Part shown: in pieces, positions 51,235 to 63,435 of the stretch
Layout: every line of letters starts with the position of its first letter
Position numbering within the stretch: the stretch's first letter is position 1
From: an uncultured delta proteobacterium
GTDB lineage: Bacteria > Myxococcota > Myxococcia > Myxococcales > Anaeromyxobacteraceae
NCBI GenBank assembly: GCA_963828255.1
Contig: CAWHDZ010000031.1
Coordinates: forward strand, 64,001-128,000
Length of the DNA stretch: 64,000 nt
Direction of reading: 5' to 3'
Program-made: the position numbers and the translations under genes
The notes under the pieces: model-generated
Database searches by the model: none
What the model was told of the DNA's origin: nothing
The model's input: the letters and a program-made list of their open reading frames with translations, nothing else

Positions 51235-52218
51235 GTGCGCGCCCTCCTCTGCAAGGAATTCGGTCCGGTCCCGGGCCTCCAGGTCGCCGAGGTCCCCGAC
51301 CCGGTTGCCGGCGACGGTGAGGTGCTGGTCCGCGTCGAGGCGGCCGGCCTCAACTACCCGGACGGCCTCATGGTCCAGGGCAAGTACCAGGTCCGGCCGC
51401 CGCTCCCCTTCGTGCCCGGCATGGAGCTGGCCGGGGTGGTCGATGCGGTCGGCAAGGGGGTGGACGCCTTCGCCCCCGGTGACCCGGTCATGGCCACCAC
51501 CGGCACCGGCGCCTTCGCCGAGCGCTGCGCGGTCCCCGTCGAGCAGGTCCTCCCGCGCCCCGCCTCGCTCCCCGCCGACGTGGCGGCCGCCGCGCTGCTC
51601 ACGTACGGCACCACCCTCCACGCCCTCGAGGACCGGGCCCGGCTCCGCCCCGGCGAGACGCTGCTCGTCCTCGGCGCCGCCGGTGGAGTGGGCACCGCCG
51701 CGGTGGGGATCGGCAAGATCCTCGGGGCCCGGGTCATCGCCGGCGCCTCGTCGCCGGAGCGGCTGGAGCTGTGCCGGCGGCTCGGGGCCGACCTCACCGT
51801 GGACTACGCCGCCGAGGATCTCCGGGAGCGGGTCAAGGCCCTCACCCAGGGGCGCGGCGTGGACGTGGTCTACGACCCGGTGGGCGGCGCCCTCTCCGAG
51901 GCGGCGCTGCGCTCCACCGGCTGGGGCGGCCGCTTCCTGGTGGTGGGCTTCGCCACCGGCGAGATCCCGCGCATCCCCCTCAACCTGGTCTTGCTCAACG
52001 CCCGCTCCATCCTGGGCGTCTACTGGGGCGACTGGTCGCGCCGCGAGCCGCGCAAGTCCGCCGACGCCCTCTCCCGCATCGCCGCCTGGATCTGCGAGAA
52101 GCGCCTGTCACCCGTGGTGACGGCCCGCCTGGGCCTGGCCGAGGTCCCGGCCGCCCTCGAGGACCTGCTCTCCCGCCGGGCCCACGGCAAGCTCGTGGTC
52201 CTGCCCGGCAAGCCGTGA
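51235..52218 (+). CDS. NADPH:quinone oxidoreductase (MDR/zeta-crystallin family)
   Basis: NYPD..GKYQ, PGME, GAAGGVG, YDPVGG, VGFATG. Confidence 0.92.
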   Translation: MRALLCKEFGPVPGLQVAEVPDPVAGDGEVLVRVEAAGLNYPDGLMVQGKYQVRPPLPFVPGMELAGVVDAVGKGVDAFAPGDPVMATTGTGAFAERCAVPVEQVLPRPASLPADVAAAALLTYGTTLHALEDRARLRPGETLLVLGAAGGVGTAAVGIGKILGARVIAGASSPERLELCRRLGADLTVDYAAEDLRERVKALTQGRGVDVVYDPVGGALSEAALRSTGWGGRFLVVGFATGEIPRIPLNLVLLNARSILGVYWGDWSRREPRKSADALSRIAAWICEKRLSPVVTARLGLAEVPAALEDLLSRRAHGKLVVLPGKP

Positions 52219-52604
52219 CCCTCTCCGAGCTCATCGGCCGGCCGGTCCCCTTCGCCGAGTTCCTGGGGATCCAGATCGTCGGGAACGAGCCCGGGAACGC
52301 CCGGCTCGAGCTGGCGCTGCGCCCCGAGCTCATGAACAGCTTCCACGACGCCCACGGGGGCGTGGTGATGGCGCTCGCCGACGTGGCGCTGGCCGTGGCG
52401 GCCATCACCCGGGACGGCTCGGCCCGGGGGGCCATCACCGTGGACCTGTCGGTGAGCTTCCTCGGCCCCGGCAAGGGGACGCTGCGGGCCGAGGCGCGCT
52501 GCCTGCGGGCCGGAAGGTCGCTGGCCTTCTCGGAGGGGGAGATCCTCGACGCCAGGGGAAACCTGGTCGCGAAGGCGCTGGGGACCTTCAAGCTGCGGCG
52601 TTGA
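52215..52604 (+). CDS. PaaI-family thioesterase
   Basis: N...AHGG..ALAD, TVDLSVSFL; GTG start overlaps the upstream stop. Confidence 0.88.
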   Translation: MTLSELIGRPVPFAEFLGIQIVGNEPGNARLELALRPELMNSFHDAHGGVVMALADVALAVAAITRDGSARGAITVDLSVSFLGPGKGTLRAEARCLRAGRSLAFSEGEILDARGNLVAKALGTFKLRR

Positions 52605-53310
52605 CGAGCCGCCCCCCGCGCAGCTCCGGCACCACCGGCGTGTGGTCCTTCCGCGCCGCCCACTCCACGTCCTCCCGGAGCCCGCGCGCGATCATCATCC
52701 GCCCCACCCGGCTCAGGGACAGGCAGTCGAGCGCCTGGCTCCCATCGTGGAGGATGAGGGCCGCCAGCGCCGTGTCGGAGAGCTCGATCCCCGCGTCTCG
52801 CCGGGTGAACAGCGAGACCAGGTGGCCGGCGCCGTAGAAGTCCTCCAGGTTGAAGGAGTCCACCGATCCGGAGCAGACGACGAGCACGGTCTCCCCCCGG
52901 GACGTCCGGCAGACGTGCTCGACCACCGCCGCCCCGTTGGAGAGCGCGGCGGTGAAGACCCGGGTCGCACCGGCGGCCTTGTGGATGGCCACCGTGCCGT
53001 TCGTCGTGGAGTAGACGAGCGCCCGTCCGTGGAGCGGCTCCTGGATGAGCGCCATGGGGGTGGGGTGGGCGAAGCCGGGGAGGGTCTCGGCGCCGTACTC
53101 CCCGGCCAGCACGAAGGACCCGGCCGGAAGCCCCGCCGCGACGGCCCGCGCGGCGTCGCCGTCCAGGGTGGGGATCACCGCGGTGGCCCCGTGGGAGAGC
53201 GCCGCGGCGATGCTGGTGGTGGCGAAGAGCACGTCGAGGACCACCACCACCTTTCCCGGCAGGCGCTGCCCGTCGAGCTCCTCCTTCTTCACGAGGACGT
53301 GGAGCTTCAT
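52588..53310 (-). CDS. 2-phosphosulfolactate phosphatase (ComB) family protein
   Basis: VVLDVLFATT, LAGE, STTNGT, FNLED..AG. Confidence 0.88.
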   Translation of the reverse strand: MKLHVLVKKEELDGQRLPGKVVVVLDVLFATTSIAAALSHGATAVIPTLDGDAARAVAAGLPAGSFVLAGEYGAETLPGFAHPTPMALIQEPLHGRALVYSTTNGTVAIHKAAGATRVFTAALSNGAAVVEHVCRTSRGETVLVVCSGSVDSFNLEDFYGAGHLVSLFTRRDAGIELSDTALAALILHDGSQALDCLSLSRVGRMMIARGLREDVEWAARKDHTPVVPELRGGRLVNAAA

Positions 53311-54401
53311 CCCAGGCCGTGGATGCGCCGGCGGTCGAGGGCTCGGCTGGCCTGGGTGCCGAGGATCCGCACCATGTGGATGAGCGGGGCGAAGCGGGGG
53401 TCGCTGGTGTGGCCGTCCCGGTAGCGCCGGTAGATCTGCTGGACGATGACGGCCAGCTTGAAGAGGGCGAACACGTAGTGGAAGAGCACGTCGTCCACGG
53501 CCCTCCCCGACCGCTCCCCGTAGCGTTCCAGCACCTCGCGCCGCGAGAGCCCGCCCGGCAGGTGGGTGGGGCCGAAGGCGCTGGCCCGCAGGGGCTCCGG
53601 GTCGTCCGGGTCGGTCCAGTAGCCGAGCGCCGTGCCCAGGTCCATGAGCGGGTCGCCGATGGTGGCCATCTCCCAGTCGAGCACCGCCACCACCCGCGAC
53701 GGGTCGACGGGGTCGAGGACCACGTTGTCGTACTTGTAGTCGTTGTGGACCAGGGTCACGCCGCTCTCCGCCGGCATGTGGGCCGCGGCCCAGGCCGCCG
53801 CCGCCTCGATCTCCGGCACCTCGTCGGTCCTGGCCGCGAAGTAGCGCTCGGTCCAGCCCTTCACCTGCCGTGCAACGTAGCCGGCCGGCTTCCCCAGCGC
53901 GGCCAGCGGGGTGCCCGCGACCGGGACCGCGTGGAGGTCCACCAGGTTGTCCACCAGCGCGGTGGAGGTGGCGCGCAGGACCCCGGGGGTGAGCGAGAGG
54001 CCCGCGCTCGATCCGTCGCCGCGCAGGATGAGCCCCTGCACCCGCTCCATGAGGTAGAAGCGGGCGCCCAGGACGGATTCGTCGTCGCAGAAGGCCAGCG
54101 GACGGGGGGCGCGCGCGTAGACCCCTCGCAGCGCCGAGAGCAGGTTCCACTCCCGGGCCATGTCGTGGGCGCTCTTCACCCTGGCGCCGAAGGGGGCCCG
54201 CCGGAGCACCGCCTCGTGGTCGCCGATGGCCACCAGGTAGGTGAGGTTGGAGTGCCCCTTGCGGAACTGCCGGGCCAGGATGGGCCCCTCCGACCCCGGG
54301 AAGGCCTGGACCAGCCAGGGGCGGATGCGCTCCGGGTCGAAGCGCTCCTCCTCCCGGACCTCGTCGGCCTCGTCGAGGCGCGGTGGGGGCCCCTCGCTCA
54401 C
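53307..54401 (-). CDS. APH-family phosphotransferase (ACAD10/LvaA-like kinase)
   Basis: GHSNLTY, SAHDMARE, FYLME, HNDYKYDN, LDWEM. Confidence 0.9.
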   Translation of the reverse strand: MSEGPPPRLDEADEVREEERFDPERIRPWLVQAFPGSEGPILARQFRKGHSNLTYLVAIGDHEAVLRRAPFGARVKSAHDMAREWNLLSALRGVYARAPRPLAFCDDESVLGARFYLMERVQGLILRGDGSSAGLSLTPGVLRATSTALVDNLVDLHAVPVAGTPLAALGKPAGYVARQVKGWTERYFAARTDEVPEIEAAAAWAAAHMPAESGVTLVHNDYKYDNVVLDPVDPSRVVAVLDWEMATIGDPLMDLGTALGYWTDPDDPEPLRASAFGPTHLPGGLSRREVLERYGERSGRAVDDVLFHYVFALFKLAVIVQQIYRRYRDGHTSDPRFAPLIHMVRILGTQASRALDRRRIHGLG

Positions 54402-55609
54402 GCGTCGCCCCGTGCCTTGGCGTACCCGGCCAGGATGCGCTTGGCCACGCTCGCGATGTGCACCTCGTCGGCGCCGTCGTAGATGCGCCCGGCCCGCTCG
54501 TGGGCGAACCAGAAGGCCAGCGGCGTGTCGTCGGTCATGCCCAGCGCGCCCAGGGCCTGGATGGCCCGGTCGAGGACCCGCTGCAGGGTGCGGGCCACGG
54601 TGAACTTGATGATGGAGATCTCCTGGCGGGCCGCCGGCGCCCCCTCCCGCTCGATCTTCCACGCGGCGTGGAGGACGAGCAGGCGGGCCTGGTCGATCTC
54701 GGCGCGGCTCTCGGCGATCCACTGCTGGACCATCTGCCGGCTGCCCAGCAGGTCGCCGGGCGCGAGCTGCCGGGTGGAGGCGTGGGTGCAGAGGATGTCG
54801 AAGGCACGCTCGCAGATGCCGATCCAGCGCATGCAGTGGTGGATGCGCCCGGGCCCGAGCCGGTGCTGGGCCAGCACGAAGCCGCCGCCCTCCGGGCCGA
54901 GCAGGTTGGCGAGCGGGACGCGGGCCCCGTGGTACATGACCTCGCCGTGGCTCTGCCAGTCGGAGCCGCGGTGCCCCATCACCGAGATGTTGCCGACCAG
55001 CTCGAAGCCCGGCGTCCCGGTGGGCACGATGATCATGCTGGCGCGCTTGTAGGGATCCTTCTCGGCGGGGTTGGTCACCGCCATGCACACCGCGAAGGCT
55101 GCGCCGTCGGCCGAGGAAGCGAACCACTTGTGGCCGCGGATGACGTACTCCCCGCCGTCCTTCAGGGCGCTGGTCCCCATCCAGACCGGGTTCGACCCGG
55201 CGAACTCCGGCTCGGTCATGGTGAAGCAGCTGCGGATCTCGCCGCGGGAGAGCGGCCCGAGCCAGCGCTCCTTCTGCTCCCCGGTGCCGTGCTCGAGGAT
55301 GAGCTCCATGTTGCCGATGTCCGGCGCCTGCACGTTGAAGCAGTAGTGGCCGAGCGGGCTCTTCCCCAGCTCCTCGGAGAGGTGGGCGAACTCGGTGAGC
55401 GGCAGGTGGGCGCCGCCGTATTCGGGAGGCATGTGGGCGGCGAAGAGGCCCGTCTCCCGCGCCTTCTCCCGCACCCGGCGCAGCTCGGGCAGGATGGCCG
55501 CGAACCCGCCGTGCCGGAAGCGCTGCTCGAGCGGGTGGACCTCCCTGCGCATGAACTCGCGGACCAGCCCCTGGAAGCTCTTCACCCGCTCCGACGTCGA
55601 GAAGTCCAT
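54398..55609 (-). CDS. Acyl-CoA dehydrogenase (ACAD10/11, LvaC-like)
   Basis: FNVQAPDIGNME, RSCFTMTEP, RLGPGRIHHCMR, RIYDGADEVH. Confidence 0.92.
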   Translation of the reverse strand: MDFSTSERVKSFQGLVREFMRREVHPLEQRFRHGGFAAILPELRRVREKARETGLFAAHMPPEYGGAHLPLTEFAHLSEELGKSPLGHYCFNVQAPDIGNMELILEHGTGEQKERWLGPLSRGEIRSCFTMTEPEFAGSNPVWMGTSALKDGGEYVIRGHKWFASSADGAAFAVCMAVTNPAEKDPYKRASMIIVPTGTPGFELVGNISVMGHRGSDWQSHGEVMYHGARVPLANLLGPEGGGFVLAQHRLGPGRIHHCMRWIGICERAFDILCTHASTRQLAPGDLLGSRQMVQQWIAESRAEIDQARLLVLHAAWKIEREGAPAARQEISIIKFTVARTLQRVLDRAIQALGALGMTDDTPLAFWFAHERAGRIYDGADEVHIASVAKRILAGYAKARGDA

Positions 55610-55621
55610 GGGGTTCTCCGC

Positions 55622-56395
55622 TCAGTAGGAGGTGGCGCCGCCGTCCACCACCAGGCACTGCCCGGTGACGTGGCGGGAGGCCTCGCTGGCCAGGAAGGCC
55701 ACCGCGCCCTTCAGGTCCTCGTCCCCGCCCAGCCTCCCGAGGGGAGTGGCGGCGAGCACCATGTCTCCGATGACGCCGAGCAGGGCGTGGGTCATCTTGG
55801 TGGGGAAGAAGCCGGGGCAGACGGCGTTCACGTTGATGCCGTGCCTGCCCCATTCCACCGCGAGTGCGCGGGTCAGGTTCACCGCGGCGCCCTTGCTGGC
55901 GTTGTAGGCGATGGTGTTCATGCCGGGCGGGTTGCCCCCGAGCCCCGACACCGAGGCCACGTTCACGATCTTCCCGGAGCGGCGCGGGATCATGAAGCGG
56001 CGCCCCACCTCCTGGGAGAGGAAGAACATGGCGTCGACGTTGAGCCGCATCACCTTGTCCCAGGCCTCGGCCGGGTGATCCTCGGCGGGCGCGCCCCAGG
56101 TGGTGCCGGCGTTGTTGACCAGGATGTCCACGGTCCCGAAGCGGGCCGCCACCGCGTCCACGGTGCCGGGGATGTTCTCGCGCCTTCCCAGATCGACCGG
56201 GACGGCCATGGCCTCCACGCCCAGTGCGGCCAGGTGCTTCACCGCCAGGTCCAGCTCGGCGGCCTTGCGGGCGGTGAGGGCCACCCGCGCACCCAGCTCG
56301 CCGAGGGCCTCGGCCGCCTGCAGCCCCAGGCCGCGGGAGCCGCCGGTCACGAGGGCCACCTTTCCCGAGAGGTCGAGCAGTTTCTTGAGGCTCAT
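55622..56395 (-). CDS. Short-chain dehydrogenase/reductase
   Basis: TGGSRGLG, NNAG, YNASK, PGFFP. Confidence 0.93.
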   Translation of the reverse strand: MSLKKLLDLSGKVALVTGGSRGLGLQAAEALGELGARVALTARKAAELDLAVKHLAALGVEAMAVPVDLGRRENIPGTVDAVAARFGTVDILVNNAGTTWGAPAEDHPAEAWDKVMRLNVDAMFFLSQEVGRRFMIPRRSGKIVNVASVSGLGGNPPGMNTIAYNASKGAAVNLTRALAVEWGRHGINVNAVCPGFFPTKMTHALLGVIGDMVLAATPLGRLGGDEDLKGAVAFLASEASRHVTGQCLVVDGGATSY

Positions 56396-56541
56396 CGGGG
56401 GGGTCTCCTCCGGGTAGGCGCTGGGTTTCGAGAAGGGCTATTCTCCACCGCTGCGAGGCCCGGGATCCTGGCACCGCCGCCTTGCCAGCGTCAACAGCCT
56501 CGTGTTACGGGGTGGTTCTCGGTTACGCTAGTCGGACCATT

Positions 56542-56558
56542 GTTTCGCAGAGCGAAAC
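56542..56558. promoter_or_regulatory. Candidate IclR operator 2
   Basis: GTTTCG-CAGAG-CGAAAC in the SDR/pimC divergent region; degenerate copy GTTACG-CTAGT-CGGACC at 56522-56538. Confidence 0.7.
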
Positions 56559-56594
56559 GACGATCGGGGCCGCCGGACCCCCGATGGAGGGCCC

Positions 56595-57791
56595 ATGGAC
56601 CTCACCTTCACAGAGGAGGAGCGGCGCTTCCGCGACGAGGTGCGGGCCTTCCTGGACGAGAGCCTCCCCGCCGCCATGCGCCACACGGTGCTGGAGGGGC
56701 TGCACATCCCGCCGGAGGACACGGTGGAGTGGCAGCGCATCCTCTTCCGCAAGGGCTGGGGCGGGCCCAACTGGCCGGCCGCGTTCGGCGGCACCGGCTG
56801 GGACCCGGTGCGGCAGTTCATCTTCGAGGAGGAGTGCGCCGCCGCCGGCACCCCGCGCCTGCTCCCCTTCGGCCTCAAGATGGTCGGGCCGGTGATCCAG
56901 CGCTTCGGCAACGCCGCCCAGCACGCCCGCTTCCTGCCCCGCATCCTCTCCGGCGAGGACTGGTGGTGCCAGGGCTACTCCGAGCCCGAGTCGGGCTCCG
57001 ACCTGGCCTCGCTGCGGACGCTGGCCGTCCGGCAGGGGGACCAATATCTGGTATCCGGCCAGAAGACCTGGATCACGCTGGCCCAGCACGCCGACTGGAT
57101 CTTCTGCCTGGTCCGCACCGACCGCACCGGCAAGGCCCAGGCCGGCATCTCCTTCCTGCTCATCGACATGAAGTCACCAGGAGTGGAGGTCCGCCCCATC
57201 ACCATGCTCGACGGCGGCCACGAGGTGAACGAGGTCTGGTTCGAGGACGTCGAGGTGCCGGTGGAGAACCTGGTGGGAGAGGAGAACAAGGGCTGGACCT
57301 ACGCCAAGTTCCTCCTCGGCCACGAGCGGGCCAACATCGCCGGCATCGGCGGGTCGAAGCGCGAGCTCATCCGGCTGAAGCGCATCGCCGCGGAGGAGCG
57401 CAAGCACGGCCGCCCGCTCTCCGAGGACCCGCTCTTCGCGGCGCGCCTGGCCCAGGTGGAGATCGACCTCATGGCCCTCGAGATCACCAACCTCCGGGTG
57501 CTCTCCGCCGAGGCCGAGAAGCGGGCCCCCGGGCCGGAGGCCTCGCTGCTCAAGATCAAGGGCACCGAGATCCAGCAGGCCCTGACCGAGCTCATGGTCC
57601 AGGCCGTGGGGCCCTACGCGCTGCCCTTCCGGATCGAGGCCCTCTCCGACGGGTTCGCCGGGCCCCCGGTGGGGCCGGAGTACGCGGCGCCGCTGGCCGC
57701 CACCTACTGCAACATGCGCAAGGCCTCGATCTACGGCGGCTCGAACGAGATCCAGAAGAACATCATCACCCAGATGATCCTGGGGCTCTAG
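56595..57791 (+). CDS. pimC: Acyl-CoA dehydrogenase, pimeloyl-CoA dehydrogenase large subunit-like
   Basis: WWCQGYSEPESGSDLASL, GQKTW.TLAQ.ADW, SIYGGSNEIQKNII. Confidence 0.85.
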   Translation: MDLTFTEEERRFRDEVRAFLDESLPAAMRHTVLEGLHIPPEDTVEWQRILFRKGWGGPNWPAAFGGTGWDPVRQFIFEEECAAAGTPRLLPFGLKMVGPVIQRFGNAAQHARFLPRILSGEDWWCQGYSEPESGSDLASLRTLAVRQGDQYLVSGQKTWITLAQHADWIFCLVRTDRTGKAQAGISFLLIDMKSPGVEVRPITMLDGGHEVNEVWFEDVEVPVENLVGEENKGWTYAKFLLGHERANIAGIGGSKRELIRLKRIAAEERKHGRPLSEDPLFAARLAQVEIDLMALEITNLRVLSAEAEKRAPGPEASLLKIKGTEIQQALTELMVQAVGPYALPFRIEALSDGFAGPPVGPEYAAPLAATYCNMRKASIYGGSNEIQKNIITQMILGL

Positions 57792-57802
57792 GGGCCGACG
57801 CC

Positions 57803-58935
57803 ATGCACTTCAACCTCACCGACGAGCAGCGCGCCCTCTCCGACATGGTCCAGCGCTTCCTTTCGCAGGAGTACGCCTTCGACGCGCGCAGGAAGATCCT
57901 GCGGTCCCCCGAGGGGTGGAGCCGGGAGATCTGGGGAAAGCTGGGCGAGATGGGGCTCATGGCCCTGCAAGTTCCCGAGGAGCAGGGCGGGATGGCGCCG
58001 GCCACGGTGGAGACCCTCCTCACCATGGGTGCAATGGGGAAGGCGCTGGTCGTCGAGCCCTACCTCTCCTCCGCCGTCATCGGGACCGCGCTGGTGCGCG
58101 GGCTCGGGACCCCGGCCCAGCGCGACGCGCTGCTCCCCGCCATGGCCACCGGCGAACGCATCGCCGTCCCGGCCCACGGCGAGGCCGGCTCCCGCCACGA
58201 CCTCTCCCGCGTCGCCACCACGGCGCGCCGGGGCGGGTCCGGTTGGATCCTCGACGGGCGGAAGGCGGTGGTGCTCCACGCGCCCGCCGCCGACCTGCTC
58301 CTCGTCACCGCCCGCACCTCCGGCGCCGGGGACGCAGAGACCGGCCTCTCGGTCCTCGTGGTCCCCGCGGCTGCACCAGGGGTGAAGCTCATCCCCTACC
58401 CGACCATCGACGGGCAGCGCGGCGCCGACGTCGTCCTCTCCGGGGTGGAGCTCCCCGCCGATGCGCTGCTGGGGCAGGAGGGGCAGGCCTACGAGGGGAT
58501 CTCGGCGGCATTCGACCTGGGCGTGGCCGCCCTCTGCGCCGAGGCGGTCGGGGTGCTGCAGGCCACCCTCGACGCCACCACCGAGTACACCCGCACCCGC
58601 AAGCAGTTCGGGGTTCCCATCGCCCGCTTCCAGGCCCTGCAGCACCGCATGGCCGACATGCTCATGCACGTCGAGCAGGCCCGCTCGATGAGCTACCTGG
58701 CCGCCATGCACGCCTCCTCGGCCGACCCGAGGGAACGGCGCCGGATGGTCTCGGCGGCCAAGGTCACGGTGGGTCAGGCCTGCCGCTACGTGGGGCAGCA
58801 GGCGGTCCAGCTCCACGGCGGCATGGGCGTCACCGACGAGGTCGCGGTGAGCCACTGCTTCAAGCGGCTCTTCGCCATCGAGCTGTCGCTCGGCGACACC
58901 GAGCACCACCTGGAGCGCTTCATCACGGAGAGCAA

Positions 58936-58939
<4 letters not shown>
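57803..58939 (+). CDS. pimD: Acyl-CoA dehydrogenase, pimeloyl-CoA dehydrogenase small subunit-like
   Basis: LVVEPYL, RKQFGVPI..FQALQHRMADM, QLHGGMG; paired with the pimC-like gene. Confidence 0.85.
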
Positions 58940-61026
<2,087 letters not shown>

Positions 61027-61038
61027 ACGGAGATCGCC

Positions 61039-62217
61039 ATGTCCGACGCCGTCATCGTCTCCACCGCCCGAACCGGCCTCGCCAAGTCGTGGCGGGGAGC
61101 CCTCAACATGACCCACGGCGCCACCCTGGGCGGCCACGTGGTCAAGGCCGCGGTGGAGCGCGCCCGCATCGACCCCGCCGAGGTGGAGGACGTGATCATC
61201 GGCTGCGGGCTGCCCGAGGGCACCACCGGCGGCAACGTGGCGCGGCAGATCGCGCTGCGGGCCGGACTCCCGGTCACCACCGCGGGTCACACGGTGAACC
61301 GATTCTGCTCGTCCGGGCTGCAGTCCATCGCCATGGCCGCCCACCGGGTCATCGTCGACAAGGTGCCGGTGCTGGTGGCCGGCGGCATCGAGCAGATCTC
61401 CTGCGTCCAGCAGGAGCTGAACCAGCACATGTTCGCCGACCCCTGGCTCGTCGAGAGCAAGCCGGCCATCTACATGAACATGCTGGAGACCGCCGAGGTG
61501 GTGGCCAAGCGCTACGGGATCCCGCGCGAGAAGCAGGACGAGTACGGGGTGCGCAGCCAGGCGCTTGCCGCCGCCGCCCAGGCCGAGGGAAAGTTCAAGG
61601 ACGAGATCGTCCCCTTCAAGACGGTGATGGGGGTGGGCGACAAGGCCACCGGGCGCCTCTCCATGAAGGAGGTCACCCTCGACGCAGACGAGGGCATCCG
61701 CGCCGATACGACCTACGAGGGCGTGGCGAAGATCAAGCCGGTCGTCCCCGGTGGCACCATCGCCGCCGGAAACGCCAGCCAGTTCTCCGACGGGGCCTCG
61801 GCCGTGGTGGTCATGGACGCGAAGCTGGCCGGGAAGAAGGGGCTCGCGCCGCTGGGCATCTTCCGCGGCTTCGCGGTGGCCGGCTGCGAGCCGGACGAGA
61901 TGGGCATCGGCCCGGTCTTCGCGGTGCCGCGGCTCCTCGAGCGCGCCGGCGTGAAGATGGCCGACGTCGGGCTCTGGGAGCTCAACGAGGCCTTCGCGGT
62001 GCAGGTCATCTACTGCCGCGACCGGCTGGGCATCCCCGACGATCGACTGAACGTGAACGGCGGCGCCATCGCCGTGGGGCACCCCTACGGGATGTCCGGC
62101 GCGCGGCTGGTGGGGCACGCCCTCATCGAGGGGAAGCGGCGCGGCGTGAAGCTCGTGGTGGTCACCATGTGCATCGGCGGCGGGATGGGCGCGGCGGGGC
62201 TCTTCGAGGTCGCCTGA
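61039..62217 (+). CDS. Acetyl-CoA C-acyltransferase (thiolase, PimB-like)
   Basis: NRFCSSG, NEAF, GHPYG.SG, CIGGG. Confidence 0.95.
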   Translation: MSDAVIVSTARTGLAKSWRGALNMTHGATLGGHVVKAAVERARIDPAEVEDVIIGCGLPEGTTGGNVARQIALRAGLPVTTAGHTVNRFCSSGLQSIAMAAHRVIVDKVPVLVAGGIEQISCVQQELNQHMFADPWLVESKPAIYMNMLETAEVVAKRYGIPREKQDEYGVRSQALAAAAQAEGKFKDEIVPFKTVMGVGDKATGRLSMKEVTLDADEGIRADTTYEGVAKIKPVVPGGTIAAGNASQFSDGASAVVVMDAKLAGKKGLAPLGIFRGFAVAGCEPDEMGIGPVFAVPRLLERAGVKMADVGLWELNEAFAVQVIYCRDRLGIPDDRLNVNGGAIAVGHPYGMSGARLVGHALIEGKRRGVKLVVVTMCIGGGMGAAGLFEVA

Positions 62218-62235
62218 CCGGGGCCGGGGCCACTC

Positions 62236-63435
62236 GTGCTCGACGCCTACCTCCACGACGGGCTGCGCACCCCCTTCGGCCGCCACGCCGGGGCGCTCGC
62301 CCCGGTACGGCCCGACGACCTGGCCGCCGGCGTGATGCGGGCGCTCCTGGCCCGCTCGCCCTGGAGGCCGGAGGAGCTCGAGGACGTCTACCTGGGATGC
62401 ACCAACCAGGCCGGCGAGGACTCCCGCAACGTGGCCCGCCACGCGGCGCTGCTGGCGGGGATCCCGGCCACCATCCCCGCCCAGACCCTCAACCGGCTCT
62501 GCGCCAGCGGCCTCGCGGCCGTCGTCGAGGCGGCGCGCGCTATCACCGTGGGTGACGGTGACCTGTACCTGGCCGGCGGGGTGGAGAGCATGAGCCGGGC
62601 CCCCTTCGCCATGGCCAAGGCCGAGACCCCGTACTCCCGGGAGGCCCGGGTCTTCGACACCACGCTCGGCGCCCGCTTCCCCAATCCACGCCTGGTGAAG
62701 CTGTACGGCTCGGACAGCATGCCCGAGACCGGGGACAACGTGGCGCGGGAGCAGGGCGTCTCACGCGAGGAGTGCGACCGCTTCGCGCTGCGGTCGCAGG
62801 AGCGCTGCGAGAGGGCCCGGGCCACGGGATTCCTGGCCGGGGAGATCGCGCCGGTGGAGGTGCCCGGCCCCGGCAAGGGAACGACGGTGGTGCGCGAGGA
62901 CGAGCACCCCCGCCCCAAGACGACGCTCGAGGCGCTCTCGCGCCTCCCGCCCCTCTTCACGGGCGGCGTGGTCACCGCGGGGAACGCCTCCGGCGTGAAC
63001 GACGGCGCCGCCGCGCTGCTCGTCGGCTCGCGCGCCGCCGGCGAGCGGGCCGGGGTCCGGCCGATGGCGCGGATCCTCTCCTCCGCCGCGGTGGGGGTGG
63101 AGCCGCGGGTGATGGGGATCGGCCCGGCCTTCGCCATCCCCAAGGCCCTCTCCCGCGCCGGCCTCACGCTGGCGCAGATGGACGTCATCGAGGTGAACGA
63201 GGCCTTCGCGAGCCAGGTGCTGGCCTGCCTCGCGATCCTCGGCCTCCCCTTCGACGACCCGCGCGTGAACCCGAACGGCGGGGCCATCGCGCTCGGCCAC
63301 CCGCTCGGTGCGTCCGGGGCGCGGCTGGCGCTGACCGCGGCCCGCGAGCTCCGGCGGCGCGGGGGCGGGCGCGCGGTGGTGAGCCTGTGCATCGGGGTGG
63401 GGCAGGGACTGGCGATGGTCATGGAGGCAGACTGA
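62236..63435 (+). CDS. 3-oxoadipyl-CoA thiolase-like (PcaF/PaaJ family)
   Basis: RPDDL, NQAGED.RNVAR, NRLCASG, GHPLGASG, CIGVGQG. Confidence 0.9.
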   Translation: MLDAYLHDGLRTPFGRHAGALAPVRPDDLAAGVMRALLARSPWRPEELEDVYLGCTNQAGEDSRNVARHAALLAGIPATIPAQTLNRLCASGLAAVVEAARAITVGDGDLYLAGGVESMSRAPFAMAKAETPYSREARVFDTTLGARFPNPRLVKLYGSDSMPETGDNVAREQGVSREECDRFALRSQERCERARATGFLAGEIAPVEVPGPGKGTTVVREDEHPRPKTTLEALSRLPPLFTGGVVTAGNASGVNDGAAALLVGSRAAGERAGVRPMARILSSAAVGVEPRVMGIGPAFAIPKALSRAGLTLAQMDVIEVNEAFASQVLACLAILGLPFDDPRVNPNGGAIALGHPLGASGARLALTAARELRRRGGGRAVVSLCIGVGQGLAMVMEAD

